From Botryllus schlosseri (taxonomy: Eukaryota): a stretch of DNA of 64,000 bases. The DNA lies in the NCBI GenBank assembly GCA_051294905.1, contig CM119378.1:15438001-15502000 (forward strand), written 5' to 3'. Position 1 is the first letter of the stretch, and the number at the start of each line of letters is the position of its first letter. The position numbers and the translations under genes are program-made. This document shows, piece by piece, positions 43,791-58,700 of this stretch. The notes beneath the pieces were generated by a model, which saw only the letters and a list, made by a program, of their open reading frames with translations, had not been told where the DNA came from and did no database searches.

Positions 43791-46700
43791 ATGGACGCTT
43801 CAAATATTTATCAAATCAAATATATAATAAGATTTCTCCTTTTGTGGATTATATTTCAAGTTATAGCAGCGACTGAAGGTAAATATATATGTCTAAAGTT
43901 TATTTTCTTCATTTCGTTTAACTGTATAGCCTACGATTTAAGATGGCATAGTATAATTGCTGGCAATAGCTTATTTACAGTTATTCAATTATAGATGTAA
44001 CTTTCATATGAAGAATGAGCTGAGGGCCTGTTTCATCAGTGTTGATCCAAAGGTCGTGGTCGTTTTTTCTTAGGCAGTGTATATTAGGATAAGTTAGCGT
44101 TCTAGAGACTTTTTGTCGGCATTGAGCTATTTTCCGATATTTTTGATTTCAGATTCTTGCTCCTACCAAGTGACCCCGAATTCCGTTATTTCAAGTAATA
44201 TAACCCAAGGACTCATTACACGTATGAATGAAGTCTCTTCATTGGAAGAGTGTGGCAAACAATGTTGCGATAAACCCGATTGCTCCGCTGCTTTATATAA
44301 GGATACCGTAAGTTACTCTCTCAATTCGCATTGTCAATAACATCTTTAATTGAATCCTTTACACGGCAGGCTTGCATCCTAGTGAACTGTGAACTGATCC
44401 CAGAAGGATGCATATCTCACAAGGTCAACATGTCAATATCATTGATTATGGTTTCAAGGACGGCCGCCGGTATGTCAATACACTTAACTGTAATACTTCA
44501 CGTGGTGGTTGGTCGTTAATTGTTTGTTTACATGCCCGAATCAGCACATGTGATGGTTTCGTAACATTTGTGTCGTAAATGTAGACGGCTCTGTGTTTTC
44601 ATGGACTGGATCGCAATCGACAATTTCAAAATTTAATAATGTTTTAGGATATCATTTCTGTACAACTAGAACCGTCAAATCAAATGCTCAAAGCATGCAC
44701 TTGTGACTTTTTCAGACCAGCCGCATTCGGACAGTAGTGACGTACCAAAACAATTGGAATCAAGCACTGTGCAATCTAGCAATGACCCGATCGGAAGTTC
44801 AGGTGGGGATAATGTCATCACAACGGAAGCACCAATTACTAAAATTTTACAATCAATCTCTTCAACTACTGGTGCAACTGGGCAGAAAGGTATTGTTTTC
44901 CAAGATTCTGTAATATTCTGATAATTTCTGCTGGTATACCTTGTTTATTTGAATTTCAACTCTTTTTAGCTGGCATACTTTTATAAATAATCTAATTACA
45001 AAGCAATATGTGATAATAAATCGTAGTTGAATGAAGTGGTTATCTATTGCTCTGTGGTGTATAACGTAAATTGGATACAAAGATATATTTCTATGACAGT
45101 GATTATTGCGTGCTGTTGCTATGTCCACAGAGGTATTATTTGCTAGGTACATTGATCCTTGGGCATCTCAGTGCCGGAACCAATTGTAGATTCTTCTCAT
45201 TTAGAAGCTGCCGCATCAGAGAGTGCTGGTGTTTCATCGACAGTTACTTTGAATGCAACACCACCAGGACAGACTGTGCTGACTGTCACAACAGGTGGCA
45301 ATCAACAGATCCGTCTGCCAATTGATTCGGTTGCGATTCATGCCTCTGTCACACCCCAGCAAGGTCAGTAGCTGCCTTGAGGCTTTCCTTATTGTGTTGG
45401 GATCGGGAACTGCATCTCGCACTAATACAGCATTTGTTTTTTAGAATAGTATTGAGATTTTGATGAAATTTTTCACAGATGACAATTTGGATTACCGGTG
45501 GAAACTGATTGAGCATCCAAAAGATTTTGAGGGTACGCAATCAGGTTTCGAAACGCCCAGTATGAAACTTGGAAAGTTGACAGAAGGGAATTATCAGTTC
45601 AAGGTTGGACTACGGTCTTGTAATTCTTTCATTTTCGTGTAGCCAAGTCTTATGATTTCATTGAACTTGACAGTGGGTGTTTTAAACTTTGCAAAATAGA
45701 TATCCTGGTATTTCATTACACAATCGGTTGGCCCTGTATCCTATTCTTGTGACATTCTATTTTCAAACATACTCTTTGGTAGCACAATGTGGAATGTATT
45801 CAATACCCTCGGGGAAAGTTAAAATTGTGACGAGTGATGACGACCATTCCAATTGATTTGATCCCTCTGTCTCTAATTTGAGTCACGGAATGCCAATCAT
45901 TAAGGCGTACATATGTAATACTCCGACGGGAGTGGACAGAATAAGATGAAAATATATGGCTAAACCGCATTAGGCCTATATGTCCATTGTCATCCAAGCC
46001 AATTTTATGCAAATGGTGATTTAGGTCAACCTGAATTTATTATAGCAATTTTTGTTGTAGTGCCCTAAATTTTGTTCTGGATTTTTGTACATCTGAAATA
46101 AATAGCTGTACTTATCAAGATTCACATCAGTTTCAATGTTGTTAGACTGATCCTATCAGTGCTATTGCGCTAGTGGAAAATCTTAGGAAACTATAAATGT
46201 AGGCTAACTGTGCTTGTGCTACTTTGAAGACATGGTCCAACATTGAGTGTTTTTTTGTACCCAGCGTGTTTATGGGTAGTAGTTAAGCTGGTGTCCCGGA
46301 CTAGTAATTATTTGTTGGACTAAACACACACTCACTCGCTCTCTCTATCTCTCTCAATGGTGACAGCGCTTTTATTGACATATTCAAAGCAGCTGAATGA
46401 ACATGCCATCAAATTCCTTGGAAATTTCCAACTGTCATTGTTTGAATTAGTGATTATTATAAATTTGGTAGTCAGACACAATGGCAATGTCTGAATTCGA
46501 ATAAATAATTATTGACTCAAAATTTTATGTTTCCGACCAAATCCAGTCCTGTTGGACTTGAAGGATGTTTGGATTAAATATGTCTCGAGCTATTTGTATG
46601 GCACCATTCCATTGTCCGCTTAGTAATTGTTATTTGCAATAGCACTGTACCTACCCATTTGTAATTTCGTAGGTTGTACAGTACATTGCTGGAAGTATAG

Positions 46701-49700
46701 TCTTGAGAGCTATCTATTGATGGGTTGAGATTTCCATCCAGGCACCAGTAATGCAATAACGGGGGAGGACATAAAGTGTCATTATTTTTTGCAAGATTCC
46801 CAGTGGCCGAGTCCTTATGGGCTATTCATGGCATTCATGCTATCTGAACAATAATAAGACGCCTGCTTGCCGTAATATTACTTCACAATCTGAGATACGC
46901 TTCAGTTGGCATGCTATCAATTACGGGCATTGAAAGGGAGTTTGTGTGTGAAGTTTGGTAAGCGTGCTTTGATTTTCGATCAAGGTTGGAGTGAGCGGCG
47001 ATAACTCGTACGGCGAAGCCTTTGTGAACGTCACCGTTCTGCCAAAGGTCAGGGTGAACACGCCACCGGTCGCTGTCATTGTGCCGCTGCCTCAGGTTCT
47101 GACCTTGCCCACCGACTCGACTTTGCTTGATGGATCAAGTAAGCCGAATAGAGCTTGTTTTGTTTATATAGACGCTACCGATGCTGGCCTTGAATATTGT
47201 ATTTAATCTTATAATTATGATTATATCAAACGTCATTTTCTGAGCGCTTTCCTTCTGTCTGTGGCATTATTATCCATTGCAGATTAACTGATAGGATGTC
47301 CATTGTCCATATCAGCGAAATATCATTGAGCAATACTACTCGGCCAATTAAATGTGACTTTTTTGAAGGGCATAAGTGTCCTACGATTTGAATGCCACGC
47401 TATGCAAGAATTGAGCGTGTTGAAGAATATCTGGTTGAATTTGTCGCTACGTTAAATTCATAGCATTGTATTAAAGTAAAATTTAGCAACCTCAAATTGC
47501 TTAGAAGGAAATCATGAGTCATTTATAGGCCTACTACTGGTCTTGGCCTATTTCTGAAGTAATGTAGGCCTTCCTCGCTGATGCATAGTTTCATAGGTGG
47601 ATATTATTCATTCGATAATGAAGTGACGTAAGTTGCTGTATTGAAGGAAAATTACAAGACTGAAACACATCCTCCTAGTCAACTCAGCTCTTGTGACTTG
47701 AGCTTCTGTAAATCAACAAGACACTGGCACAGATCCTTCATATTGGCAACGCAGATTTAGGAATATGTTTGCCGTTCCTTTTGATGGTATTCTATGATGA
47801 CAATAATAATTTTTATCATTTTCCGTCCAGAAAGCCACGACGACGATGGAATCGCGCTCTACGAATGGGAGGAAGTAGAAGGTCCCTTGCAAGACAATAT
47901 TAACAAAGATGAAAACGGCAATTTTCCACACGAAAAGGTTTGTTTGAGTGAGCTCTGGATCATTTCAAGGGCCGTCTAGGTTTATTTCTAGATATGACTT
48001 GATATTTCATTTTGTGGACAGTCCTACACATGTGTGAGGCAGTGGCTGTTAACCAGGCTTCAAACAAATCCTATGCGTTCTCTGAGCCAGATTTTCGCAA
48101 GGGTTCGCCTTCAAGATTACCCACGAGTTGGGATCGTGCTCGATTGTTAAGTTGTTAGGTCCATGTTATTTTGATGGGGTTTTGGAGGATTGATAGGGAC
48201 ATTGTCAAACTGAAAGTGACACCGCTATAATTTGAGCATCTGTCAAAAATTTGTGGCATTGTACTAAGTTGTCATAATCAATTGATAATTTTGGTGTTTA
48301 CCATTTTGAGGCTCAGTTCTCAGTATGACTACCTTTCTGGTGTTATAATTTCTACTTGATTCGGTTTAAATTTGGCATATCCATCGTAGATGTTGTAGAA
48401 CAAACTTTTTCTTTCTTCTGTAACAATTCGTAAACTTGCCTTCAATTCCTCGTAGGATAAACATGGTCTAGCGAAGCGAAGAAAAAGCTATGTCATGTCT
48501 CTCTGGCATTTGATGATATTTTCTCAACTCTCTTATTTACTTAACAATTATCATTCATTCTGGCACTGGTAAAAAATGCTCAATCTTTGTCTCGACTATG
48601 ATATGATATGAACTTATGAACATCTTAAAATAGCCATGAGATGGCTTTGTGCTGCTGTATAGTTATAAGATACTACTACCATTGTTTTCATTGATTTTTG
48701 AGGGGCATAATTATTGAATTAGCTAATACCATCCAATCTGTGCATGGTGCATAATTTGCTGTTTTACCATAGTATTTAAGACTCTCTTGTGTTGGTCGCT
48801 TTGAGTACGATCCCTCGAAATATCTACCACAGATCAGGATGCTTGAACTGATAGAAGATCGTAGAATTTATGAATATTTTATTTGGCGAGGCAATCGTTT
48901 TATCACGTTTTTGCTCTTGAAATCAGCTGCCCATGACCAGCGCAATCCCATTGAATTCTGTGCCCCTTCACTAAACGAATTGCTTGTAATTGGCTCAGAC
49001 AGCAACGCCAAATAACTGCCATCATAATAGAGGCAGCCTTGTTTGTTTATGTTGCTTGGACTTGATCTTTGTGATACACCAAAAGGGATGATTGCCTCTT
49101 AAATCTGTCAAGTGGGCAATTTTGGTATTGTCAAGGGCGGTTTAGCGGGTGATCGATAACTTCACCCATATTTTACGCGCCAGGGTATGCTCTCGAAATA
49201 GCGAGACCATCTATCATAATTTGGTGCTACCAATATGTATCAAATTATGTATATTTATAATAGGCCCATTCAGTGCGGCATCATGTGTCAACAATAAGTG
49301 CAGCAAAACATTGTATCTAAGATTTATTGGCGATCTCAAAAGCCCAGAGGGATTCAGATACAGTCCCCAGTAGTAATCGTTCCAAGTAACTGCCATTCCG
49401 TTGCCGTTTGCTGCTTGTTTGTTTGACAGTTTATCTCTGATTCTATTGTTGAATGATAATGGGTATCCTAAGGTATGTATAGTACCCCTGCTAGCACAAT
49501 TAGGAACGGAGGGTGTATTGTTATGGTAGTCATGTGAGAAACCAGTGTGTGAAATCACGCGCATACAGTGTTCCTAATACTATCCCTTGCCCAGGTTTTA
49601 GATTACATGCAGCTCCTGAGTTCAAGTATATGCATCAATATCATTTGTCTCTTTGTGCACTGTTTTATTATAACTTGGGCCTTGGGCGGTAAATTGTTAA

Positions 49701-52700
49701 ATCACTGCCGAAATCTCAGGCTGCTAAATGAAGCCAAGTTTTGCGACGAATGGCCTATTCACATGGTAAATAACTGCACCATGTCCCGATTCAACCCTTA
49801 TCAAAAAAATATGGTCAAACGACAGCTTGATATGATTTATGCTTTATGCGTGTTTGATATTTTATTCTCTACTGCTGGGTAGCCTACAACGTTGTGGCTC
49901 TACACTACAATGCAGAATATGACAAAACGGACTTTGAACCTGTGTGCTCTTAAATATGTATTCATAGCCTGATCTTAACCCAATATTGTTCTTGTCACCA
50001 ATCTGTGAGAAGATATAATACGCAGCAAGATATTGTTGTGCGCTCAATGTGAGTTTTCTCATGGTATTGGTTCCGGTCCTTATTATTCTGTCCAATTCAT
50101 ACCATGGAATTATCATTGCTCTATGTTTGTGAACAAACTCTTGATGGTGAGTCAGACAACGATATCTTTGGATTGGTGCTCATACTCTTACTCTCACGCT
50201 CTTATGATCACATTCTGAGATTGATTTTCTGTAAGTGCTAGATTTTCTGTTGGAATGGATTGATCCTGTACACAGCGGTGTGCAAATTGCTTTCTACTTC
50301 CTTGACATAATCAATGATTGCAGGATGGTGTTGGCCGATGATTGAATAGGCTTAGCATCAGATTGTTGTATTGGTGCTGCTTCTGATTTGACTCGAGAAT
50401 TAATCCTTCTTCTGCTACGTTCCCACCTGTAACTGTAGTTGCATTTTATCCGTCCGAAGATAATGTGTACACGATGCACATTGCATATGCGTTATTTATG
50501 GATGCAACGGGTCTAGTATCGCAAGTTTCCTGCAGAGTGTTATTTTTTGCAGAATCTTAAATCACTGCATTTCATAAAGGCCGCCCAAATTATGCTTTGA
50601 AAAGAACTGAACTGATGATAGTTGGAAATTGCACTGTGCAGAGGTCTGCCACTACGTTCATGGCTACATTTTTGATGTTGCTTTTAAAAAAGATTATTAC
50701 ATGCCTACAACCCATGCATAAGACTGAAGCACTAGTCAACATGTCAAAAACAGAGCTAACACCAGTGCTGTATATGCATTAGAAATATATTCTGCATGTA
50801 AATGCGTATTATACACTTAGTTGGTATGTCACCATCAATATGGCCCATGGCCATGATTATGCATGTGTTAAATGTTGTATTTTAGGCTAATTTTCAACAG
50901 TATTTCACGTTGCCTCAGCTACAAAGTTTCTGTGTTTTTGAAATATTAACCCATCATTTTCATCATGCATACAGGTGCTGAAGATCACTGGTCTAGTGGT
51001 TGGAAATTACACATTCAAATTAACTGTGACAGACACGGACGGAGCCAGCAACTACACCACAACAACCATAGTAGTGAAAAAGAGTAAGTTTACTTTGTAT
51101 TGGCATGCAGAGTGATGGGGTTAATGACTCTTTATCCGCTGATGCACAATCTATGACGGCACTTGGTGGGTTGTTAATTCCTTTGCTGAAAGGATTACTG
51201 GGCAAGTGGGCATATTTGAAAACTGGCAAGCTGCACTTGACTCGCCACATGTTATTAGCTTCTGTTCTTTTGTAAATTTTGTATCCACTACACTGCTGTG
51301 CATGGAGATAGGCTTAGGCATAGCTCCATTACAAATGTCACATGAGATCAGACCAAACCTTGTAGCTTTGTGTATATACCTACTTTTTCAATCTGGCCGC
51401 TACACAAATAGTTAACGTCTCTCAATACAATGCAACTCTTGGGTTTTCTGGTCCAGCTTCTCCTTGAATGAAAAACATCACAGTGTCAGGCCTATATGAC
51501 ACTGGTGGTCATTGATGTTCAATATCTCAAACTTCTCTAGCGCTAAGTCCTTATAGACAGCATTCTAGCTGCTGACATTGTGTTCATTCTTTTACTCGTG
51601 AATCAAATTAGACAAGGGTATAGTGTGTGTAATTACTAAGTCATGTAAATTTTGACAAATCAGCAACTGTACAAGTCGAATTACTAATCATCTCCTCTTC
51701 AACAATTTTGCAAGGGCACAATACAGGATGTACTGCTGCAGGCTTATGACTGATATTTGCTGATTGCTATTGCTCCATGGTTTGGCAAGGATTTGAATAT
51801 CGAAATAAAAACTTTATGCGAATAGTGACAGAGTGTTTTCTAGGGCATTAGTCACAGATGGCTTGTTAACATGATGGTATAAAATGAGCTCACAAAGTAA
51901 TTTGTTGCCGAAATAATTCCTTGGTTAAAACGAGGTGCGGGTATTTTTCTTGTTTGTATTCGTATTTCTTCTTTGTTTTCATTACGATAGCTGCAATAAA
52001 GCCATCAATTACCTCCTCCATATTGTCATTTTATCATGCTCGATTGTTATAAATTTTCGGTATCAGGTTCCATTCCGGCGGACTCGTCCAATATGGTATT
52101 CTATTTTCCTCGTGATTGCAGGCGTGAATAGGATGTAATCTCATTTTGGATTGTCGTCGCGCTGTTTCATTAACTTTTTCCATCAATTTTGCAGGGATCG
52201 ACAATCCTCCGATCGCGAACGCCGGGCCTAATCAAGTGATACACATGCCGCAAAACTCTATCACGCTCTGCGGCAACGATAGCACGGACGACTGGGGTAT
52301 TCAAGAATATAAATGGTCCCTGAGTCCGTCCCGCGAGAAGGGCGGCATTGATCTGCATGTATGTATGGCCTGGATTTTGACTTGTTCTTTTGTTTTCGTG
52401 AATCATGAGCGCCCTCACGATTGTACGGCAGAATGTTATGAGTCAGATATCCTTCCCAAAGCACGCTTGGGATATTCACTGCCTTGTGTAGTCTGTTACA
52501 ATTGTGAAGTATGAGAAATTGTCGCGTCACTGTATAATTGCTAAACGGGTTCGCTCCTCCACCAGGTCAGACCAAGGACTTGGCCATAAAATTGGTATCC
52601 ACTGCATGCCGGGATAGCGGGGTAAGAAAAAAATGGTAGTGTTTACATCACTTTATTGAGTGAAATGGCCGTGTATCAAGCGAGTGTGATAGCCTCTGTC

Positions 52701-55700
52701 ATGGTAACTGATATATTTACGAAAATTGCACCTGCTTGTAGTCTCATTCATTATTTTGTGTTAGACCCGCCCTGCAACTGTCGAAAGGAGCCAGCACAGC
52801 CAAACTGATACTAGTATGCGACCCATGCACCGAAGCTACCCTTTGAAACTACTTGAGTGCTTCTCGTACCTGTATTTTCTACTCACACTTGAAATATGGT
52901 AGTTTTGACTAGCCTATTCTTGAAAATTGCTTCTTCTACTTTAGTAGCAATTGTGATTAGTAGGGTGATTTTTTTTCACCTAAGAAAGGGAAGATTTTGA
53001 CCTAAGAAATCAAAATTTTGACAATTTTTTACCTTAAAAACTGAATTTTTACCTCATGTATGTAAATTAGGTGTTTTCCCAGATAATGGTAGAATTGTAG
53101 TACTTATCTTCAGTTCTGGTTGGAACTGTCTGTCCTTGCGAAGTAGTTTGGCTTGAAAAAACTTTTTCGACTCAAAAACTGACAAATTTTTACATGAAAA
53201 AACTTCTTAACGAAATCTGCACTTATGTAGAATTCCAGTAGTTGTTGCATCATGCATTATGGTAGAAATAACTTTAAAATTTTGTAGTGCAACGAAAGAT
53301 ACTATCCTACATTCTCTGGTAGTCTGTCTTTACTAAGCAGCTTGCCAAGAATGGAGGAATAACGTTGAACAGCAGCAGTTGCGGGCTTGCAACACTGAAG
53401 TTGTGCGTAAACTGCTGGTGACACATCGTGTTGCTGCATTCTGACAATGTTGTCTTCATCACAAGTTGACTTTGTAAACATTTTTGACGATTTTTCGACC
53501 TAACGCTACAATTTTGTCTTGCGTCTTGTCTCTTCTTCTGTTTGACTTGAACTCTGTGTTCACTGAGCAAGTGCAGGCAAGGTATCATTGCATCGAAGTA
53601 CTTTTCGTACGTTCTATCTCTGCTTCGATAATTTTGACATGTCTTGGAAGCCTTCACTTCTACTTTGATTGAGTAGAAAGTAAAATAATCAGTCGTTGTC
53701 GGAAGCCATCACTTCTAGATGCTTCCACTTCCGTTCGTCAGTTTGGTTTTCTTTTTATTTCATTCAGGGTGCGAGGGAAAAGTGTGTTAAAGTCTCAAAC
53801 TTGGAGGCCGGCAATTACGAATTTCTGCTTACCGTAAAGGACTCTGCTGGACAAGAGGACTCTGCGAAAGTCACGATAATAGTGCAACCGGTACGATGGT
53901 CTAGGCGCGACTGCCCAACGCGACGGCGATGCGTTCGAGGACGTAGTCGTTGAAATCGCGAGCCCGTTCAATCGTAACTCGACGACATCCTGTCTATGTT
54001 GCGTTGTGGCAATTAAACATTTGCTGCAACCGTCTCTAATGAGGATGCGAGGGTCGATGTTTCCTTTTCCTCAACGCATACGCCGGCGTGTTCTTTCTAA
54101 ATAGCGGTACATTGTGTACTATAGAGTTTTACTGGTTTTAACGGTGTAGCTGATGCGTGATTGATGTGATGACTGGGAAATTGTTCCGCTGTACGGTCAT
54201 GGTCCTCACCTGTGATGAGCAACAGGCATGGATTTAGATTTAATAAAAGACAGATTTTATGATTTGGGTCGTACATAGGTTTACGAATATCTACAAGCTG
54301 GGTCTTGATTTGAACGTGGACATGAAATTTTCAATAATTTTCAATTTGCATGCGAATTTTGAACAAATTTCAGCCATTTCCGGAATTGTAATTGGAATTG
54401 AAACGTCAGTAAATATGGTAACCAAATTCGAAGTTTAATTTTGTCCTTGTTGCGTTAGAATGATGACTATACAGAATCGCAAACGGCATGCAACAACGGG
54501 CAGCTACTGCATAAAGAATTTGGCTGTAGAAACACCCAAGTGACAGTATAGCACTACTGTATTGAAAAATTCGTCGCGACTCTTTCCGTATTTTGCATTT
54601 GGTCAAGTCTTGATGAGAGCCAGTCGAAAAGCATTTAGTTGTAAAGTTAAGCAATATGAATTTCTCGATAGGTAGTTGATTTCGATCTAAAACCCGGAAA
54701 AGTATTTTGATTTATAGATAGTAAATCCACGGCTGTTTGAGATTTGACTAACTGCGACAATTGTGACACGCGGGTCGTGGTGCCTGAGATTTGTCAAAAA
54801 CCAATTGTTATCTTTCGCAATTGCAGGAGTCCAACAATCCGCCCAAGGCGGACGCAGGGGAGGATCGGCAATTGCTCCTGCCGCTGGACGGAGGGGCGGT
54901 CAGCGCTAATTTGGACGGGTCGAAAAGCACGGATGATAAGCAAATTACTTCGGTGTTATGGAAGATGGCAAGGTACCGACGTTTCATTTAAGAAATTTGT
55001 GTCATAATAAGCTGCTATATAGTTGAGATATTTCCATCGATTTACGATAACGCGTAAACTGGCCGCATCTATAATTGCTATGCTGAATTGCCCTATTCCA
55101 AATGCTGGGATTTCGGCACTCGTGTTGTCGTAATTTGCTTGAAATCCTGAATACATTGATGTTTTGTGGTGTTCTGTGTGACGCATGCGATTTGTTTGTC
55201 GTTTAGTGAAGTCAAGGGCGTGACGATCGTGAAACCGAGCTCGTTGCAAACTTCCGTGACCGGAATCACAAAGGCAGGACAGTACACGATCACATTAACT
55301 GTTACCGACGCAGACGGCGATTCGGACTCCGATAAAGTCGTCATAACAGTGAAGGAAGGTGCGTGTTGCTATGGCCTGTTTGTTACCGACTTAAGCAATG
55401 TACAAAGATCGTATATGCAGACTTGGACAACTAGAAAATATTTCAGCTTGTTCAAATTGGATTAGTATCAGAATTACAGCTACAAATATTCTCTCCTAAT
55501 TGGAGAAGAATAAAAATTATAGATGCACAATTATTTCCAAATTGGACTAAAATTAGAAATATAGCTACACAGTTAATATCTCCAAATTAGGCTGGAATTA
55601 GAATTACAGCTACAAATATTATTCCGTAACTAGAGAAGAATCAAAATTATAGATACACAGTTATTTCCAAATTAGACTAAAATTAGAATTATAGCTGCAC

Positions 55701-58700
55701 AGTTTAGTTTTCCAAATTAGGTTAGAATTAGAATTACAGCTACAAATATTCTTTCCGAATTAGAGAAGAATTAAAATTATGGATGCACAGTTATTTCCAA
55801 ATTAGACTAAAATTAGAATTAGAATTACAACTAAAAAGCTTTTTTTCCTAATTACAGTAGAATTAGAACGATAGCTACACAGTTATTTCTAAATTGGAAT
55901 TGTAGCTGCACAGTTAATTTTCTCAAATTAGATTAGAATTGGAATTACCGAATTAGCGAATACTTATCAAATCATGGCACATTCTTATTGGGGTGGAGAA
56001 TAGCAAATGTCTGTACAGCAAGCTTGGCTCGTTTCGAACGATACAGTTCGATAGCATTTACATGAAATTAAAATGTGAGCTCAGAAACATTTCACAAATT
56101 AGATTATAACTAGAATTAGAGAAAGGGAAGATTTCACAAATTAGGTTAGAAATAGATCAACGGCATTTCGTTCTAATTAGTCTAATCAGCATACGCAACT
56201 AAAATTATATAATTGTCCAAGTCTGCAGCAGTGATGCGAACATCCAGACGTACAATTTCATCCGATACTCGACGCCATGCGTAGTAAACACGGTAATATG
56301 TTAGTATTATCCTGCGCATTTCCGTCAAAAGTTAAGATTTTCATTAGGGTAAATATCCCTCGAGACAGCAGATGAGAAAGAGAGCCGATGAAGGAATAGA
56401 GTCACGCGCATTTCCAGAATGGAACAACGCAATGCGTAATCAATATTGACCTTCACTGGTGATATGATCTTGACGACTTCATGTTAAGTGGTAGCCATCT
56501 GACAATGTCACATCTTCACTCAGGTCACAGTTACAAACAAGTCGGTGATATTAATAAAGCCCAAAAATGCACGATGCCCACGGAGTGCAGAGTTATCAAG
56601 GCTAAATACTGGATTTGCTGTGTAACTTCTGATTCAACAGATCCCTGCTTTACCCTGCAGTGTTATGGTTAACTCGAATTCTAATTTAATTCACGTTTGC
56701 TGTATGATGATGCGGCATGTGACACCTGCCACGGTTCTGTCAACTTCATCCGCAAATATCTAAATTTTGAAATCGCAAATCTCTTTCGTTGCAGAACAAC
56801 CGCCCGTTGCCAACGCTGGAGCCGACATCAAAATGTCTCTGCCGGACAACGTGGCGATGCTGAACGGCAGCGGGTCGCATGACGATTACGGCATTAAAGA
56901 ATATTTTTGGAGCAGGACAGACAAAAGTCCAGCTGCCGGGGTATGATTTGCGGTGATTTGGTGTTTGGCTAATAACGATGATACTTCTCCAATCTCCAGT
57001 TCTCTCGATTTAGAGGTGAAGCTTGTGAGGTAATCTAGAAATGTGATATTATTTTGGTATGATTTTACTCCATCCCGATAATAATGTACTCGAAGGATCT
57101 AAATACGCGAGTGTTTTCGCTAACTACTTCTACTCCGAGGTACTCACGTAACAAAGATTCCATATTGAAAGCGGTTCAGAAATGGATTGAATTTGTGTCG
57201 TAGCCTACGTCACAACTCCGTACAATAGTACTGCATCTTGAGTCGCGGTCTATGCTGTATTTTCGAAAGTTGCACGCTATTGCCAAAACAATCTCACTGT
57301 ACACTGGCCATCTCGGGCTTTTTAAAGCTACTGGAACTTTGGGTGTTCTGTATGGGTCAGGTGTGGGTGCGCTTACCATCTGCTACACTGCATAGCCTGC
57401 ATCGGAACTGCATTATTCGTGTTTTTGTGGCAACGAATGGTACAGGTTTAAGGGCTGACCTTCAGTGTTTGAACATTTTGCATTGTTTTTCAGTTTGCAC
57501 TAGACGGTTCCGAACACAAAGCCATTCTTCACGTCGCCGAATTGGCGCAAGGCACGTATACTTTTGTACTGAAAGTGACGAACGTTCGAGGCAAGACTTC
57601 TGATGACAAAGTCCTTGTGACGGTGCTACCAGATCCACTCACTTCAAACTTGGTGGGTTATTGTATAATTTTGTTCATCGCTTCATCATATTCACTGCTT
57701 CGAAGATATAGAGGGAAAATGCTATGTTTACAGTGTTCCCAAATTCACTTTGTGACTGTCACAGGAAGGAAGTTTAGTTTACTTTCTGAAGATTGTGCTA
57801 TCGGGCTTTGTTTCAACACAATTTCCATCACACGAGGCATGATTCCTGTCTGTAAATTGTAATGAGACCACTCTATATTTTGCCATGGTTGTAGGTTGGT
57901 CTCTGGACCAATTGTGGTTTTTAAGTGCAGATTGGCACTGGAATTGGTCACAATTAACGTAGATTACTGGACTGCTGCACGAATTTGTTTGATAATTATG
58001 GCAATGGCACTATTCTGTCTTGTGGTTGGCGATCTCTTGCCTCAACCTGGAACGACGGAATGCGAATCATGATAGTGTTCTTCCCGAAATTCTGGCTAAG
58101 AAAATATCATTCTCGCGTTTCCCTGAAAAATACGTCCCTGAATGTACGCCTGGGAGAGATGAACATATTTAATATCTTCAAATTCGAGTCCTAATATGAA
58201 TCGGGAAAGATTTTGTGTCACCCTCGAATCCAAGTCCAAATCGCTGTAATTTGTTTCAAAATCTCATGAAAATTGACATTTATTTGAAATCCAAATTATT
58301 AGAAATACAATTACACCTGAAATTATAAAATCCAGCGTTTTCGAATCAAAATCCACGCTCATCTCTGGCACCTTGGACAGTGTACAGTATCCAAATTAGT
58401 CTTAGAGTGATGCGTCGTGTAAATAACATGAGGCCTAGTCAGTTTGACACACCTTCAGAGCAAGCTAACAAAGACCATCCGGCTTCAAAAACAAAACTGT
58501 TTAGATTTCTGTTATAATGGAACATCCTAGTTATTTACATGTTCTGCTGGTAAGTGATTTAAAGCCTCCCAACACATTTGTCTTCTTGCCAGGCTGAACT
58601 ACACTTGCAAGCGGACATCGCGAAATTTAACGAGGAACGCAAGCAGACCGTCGTGAGGCAACTCGGGGTTTTACTGTCACTGCAAGACGAAGACAAAGTC

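Noticed and set aside
49862-50479. Helitron-associated cysteine-protease-like remnant in intron 8 (PWYELDRIIRTG..QYL)
   Set aside because: Only a loose W..LD.I..G pattern across frameshifts; no Rep or helicase motifs nearby.
53891-54826. One-base intron slide (phase 0 at QP|E where other inter-PKD introns are phase 1)
   Set aside because: The orthologous intron phase cannot be confirmed without an alignment to annotated genes.
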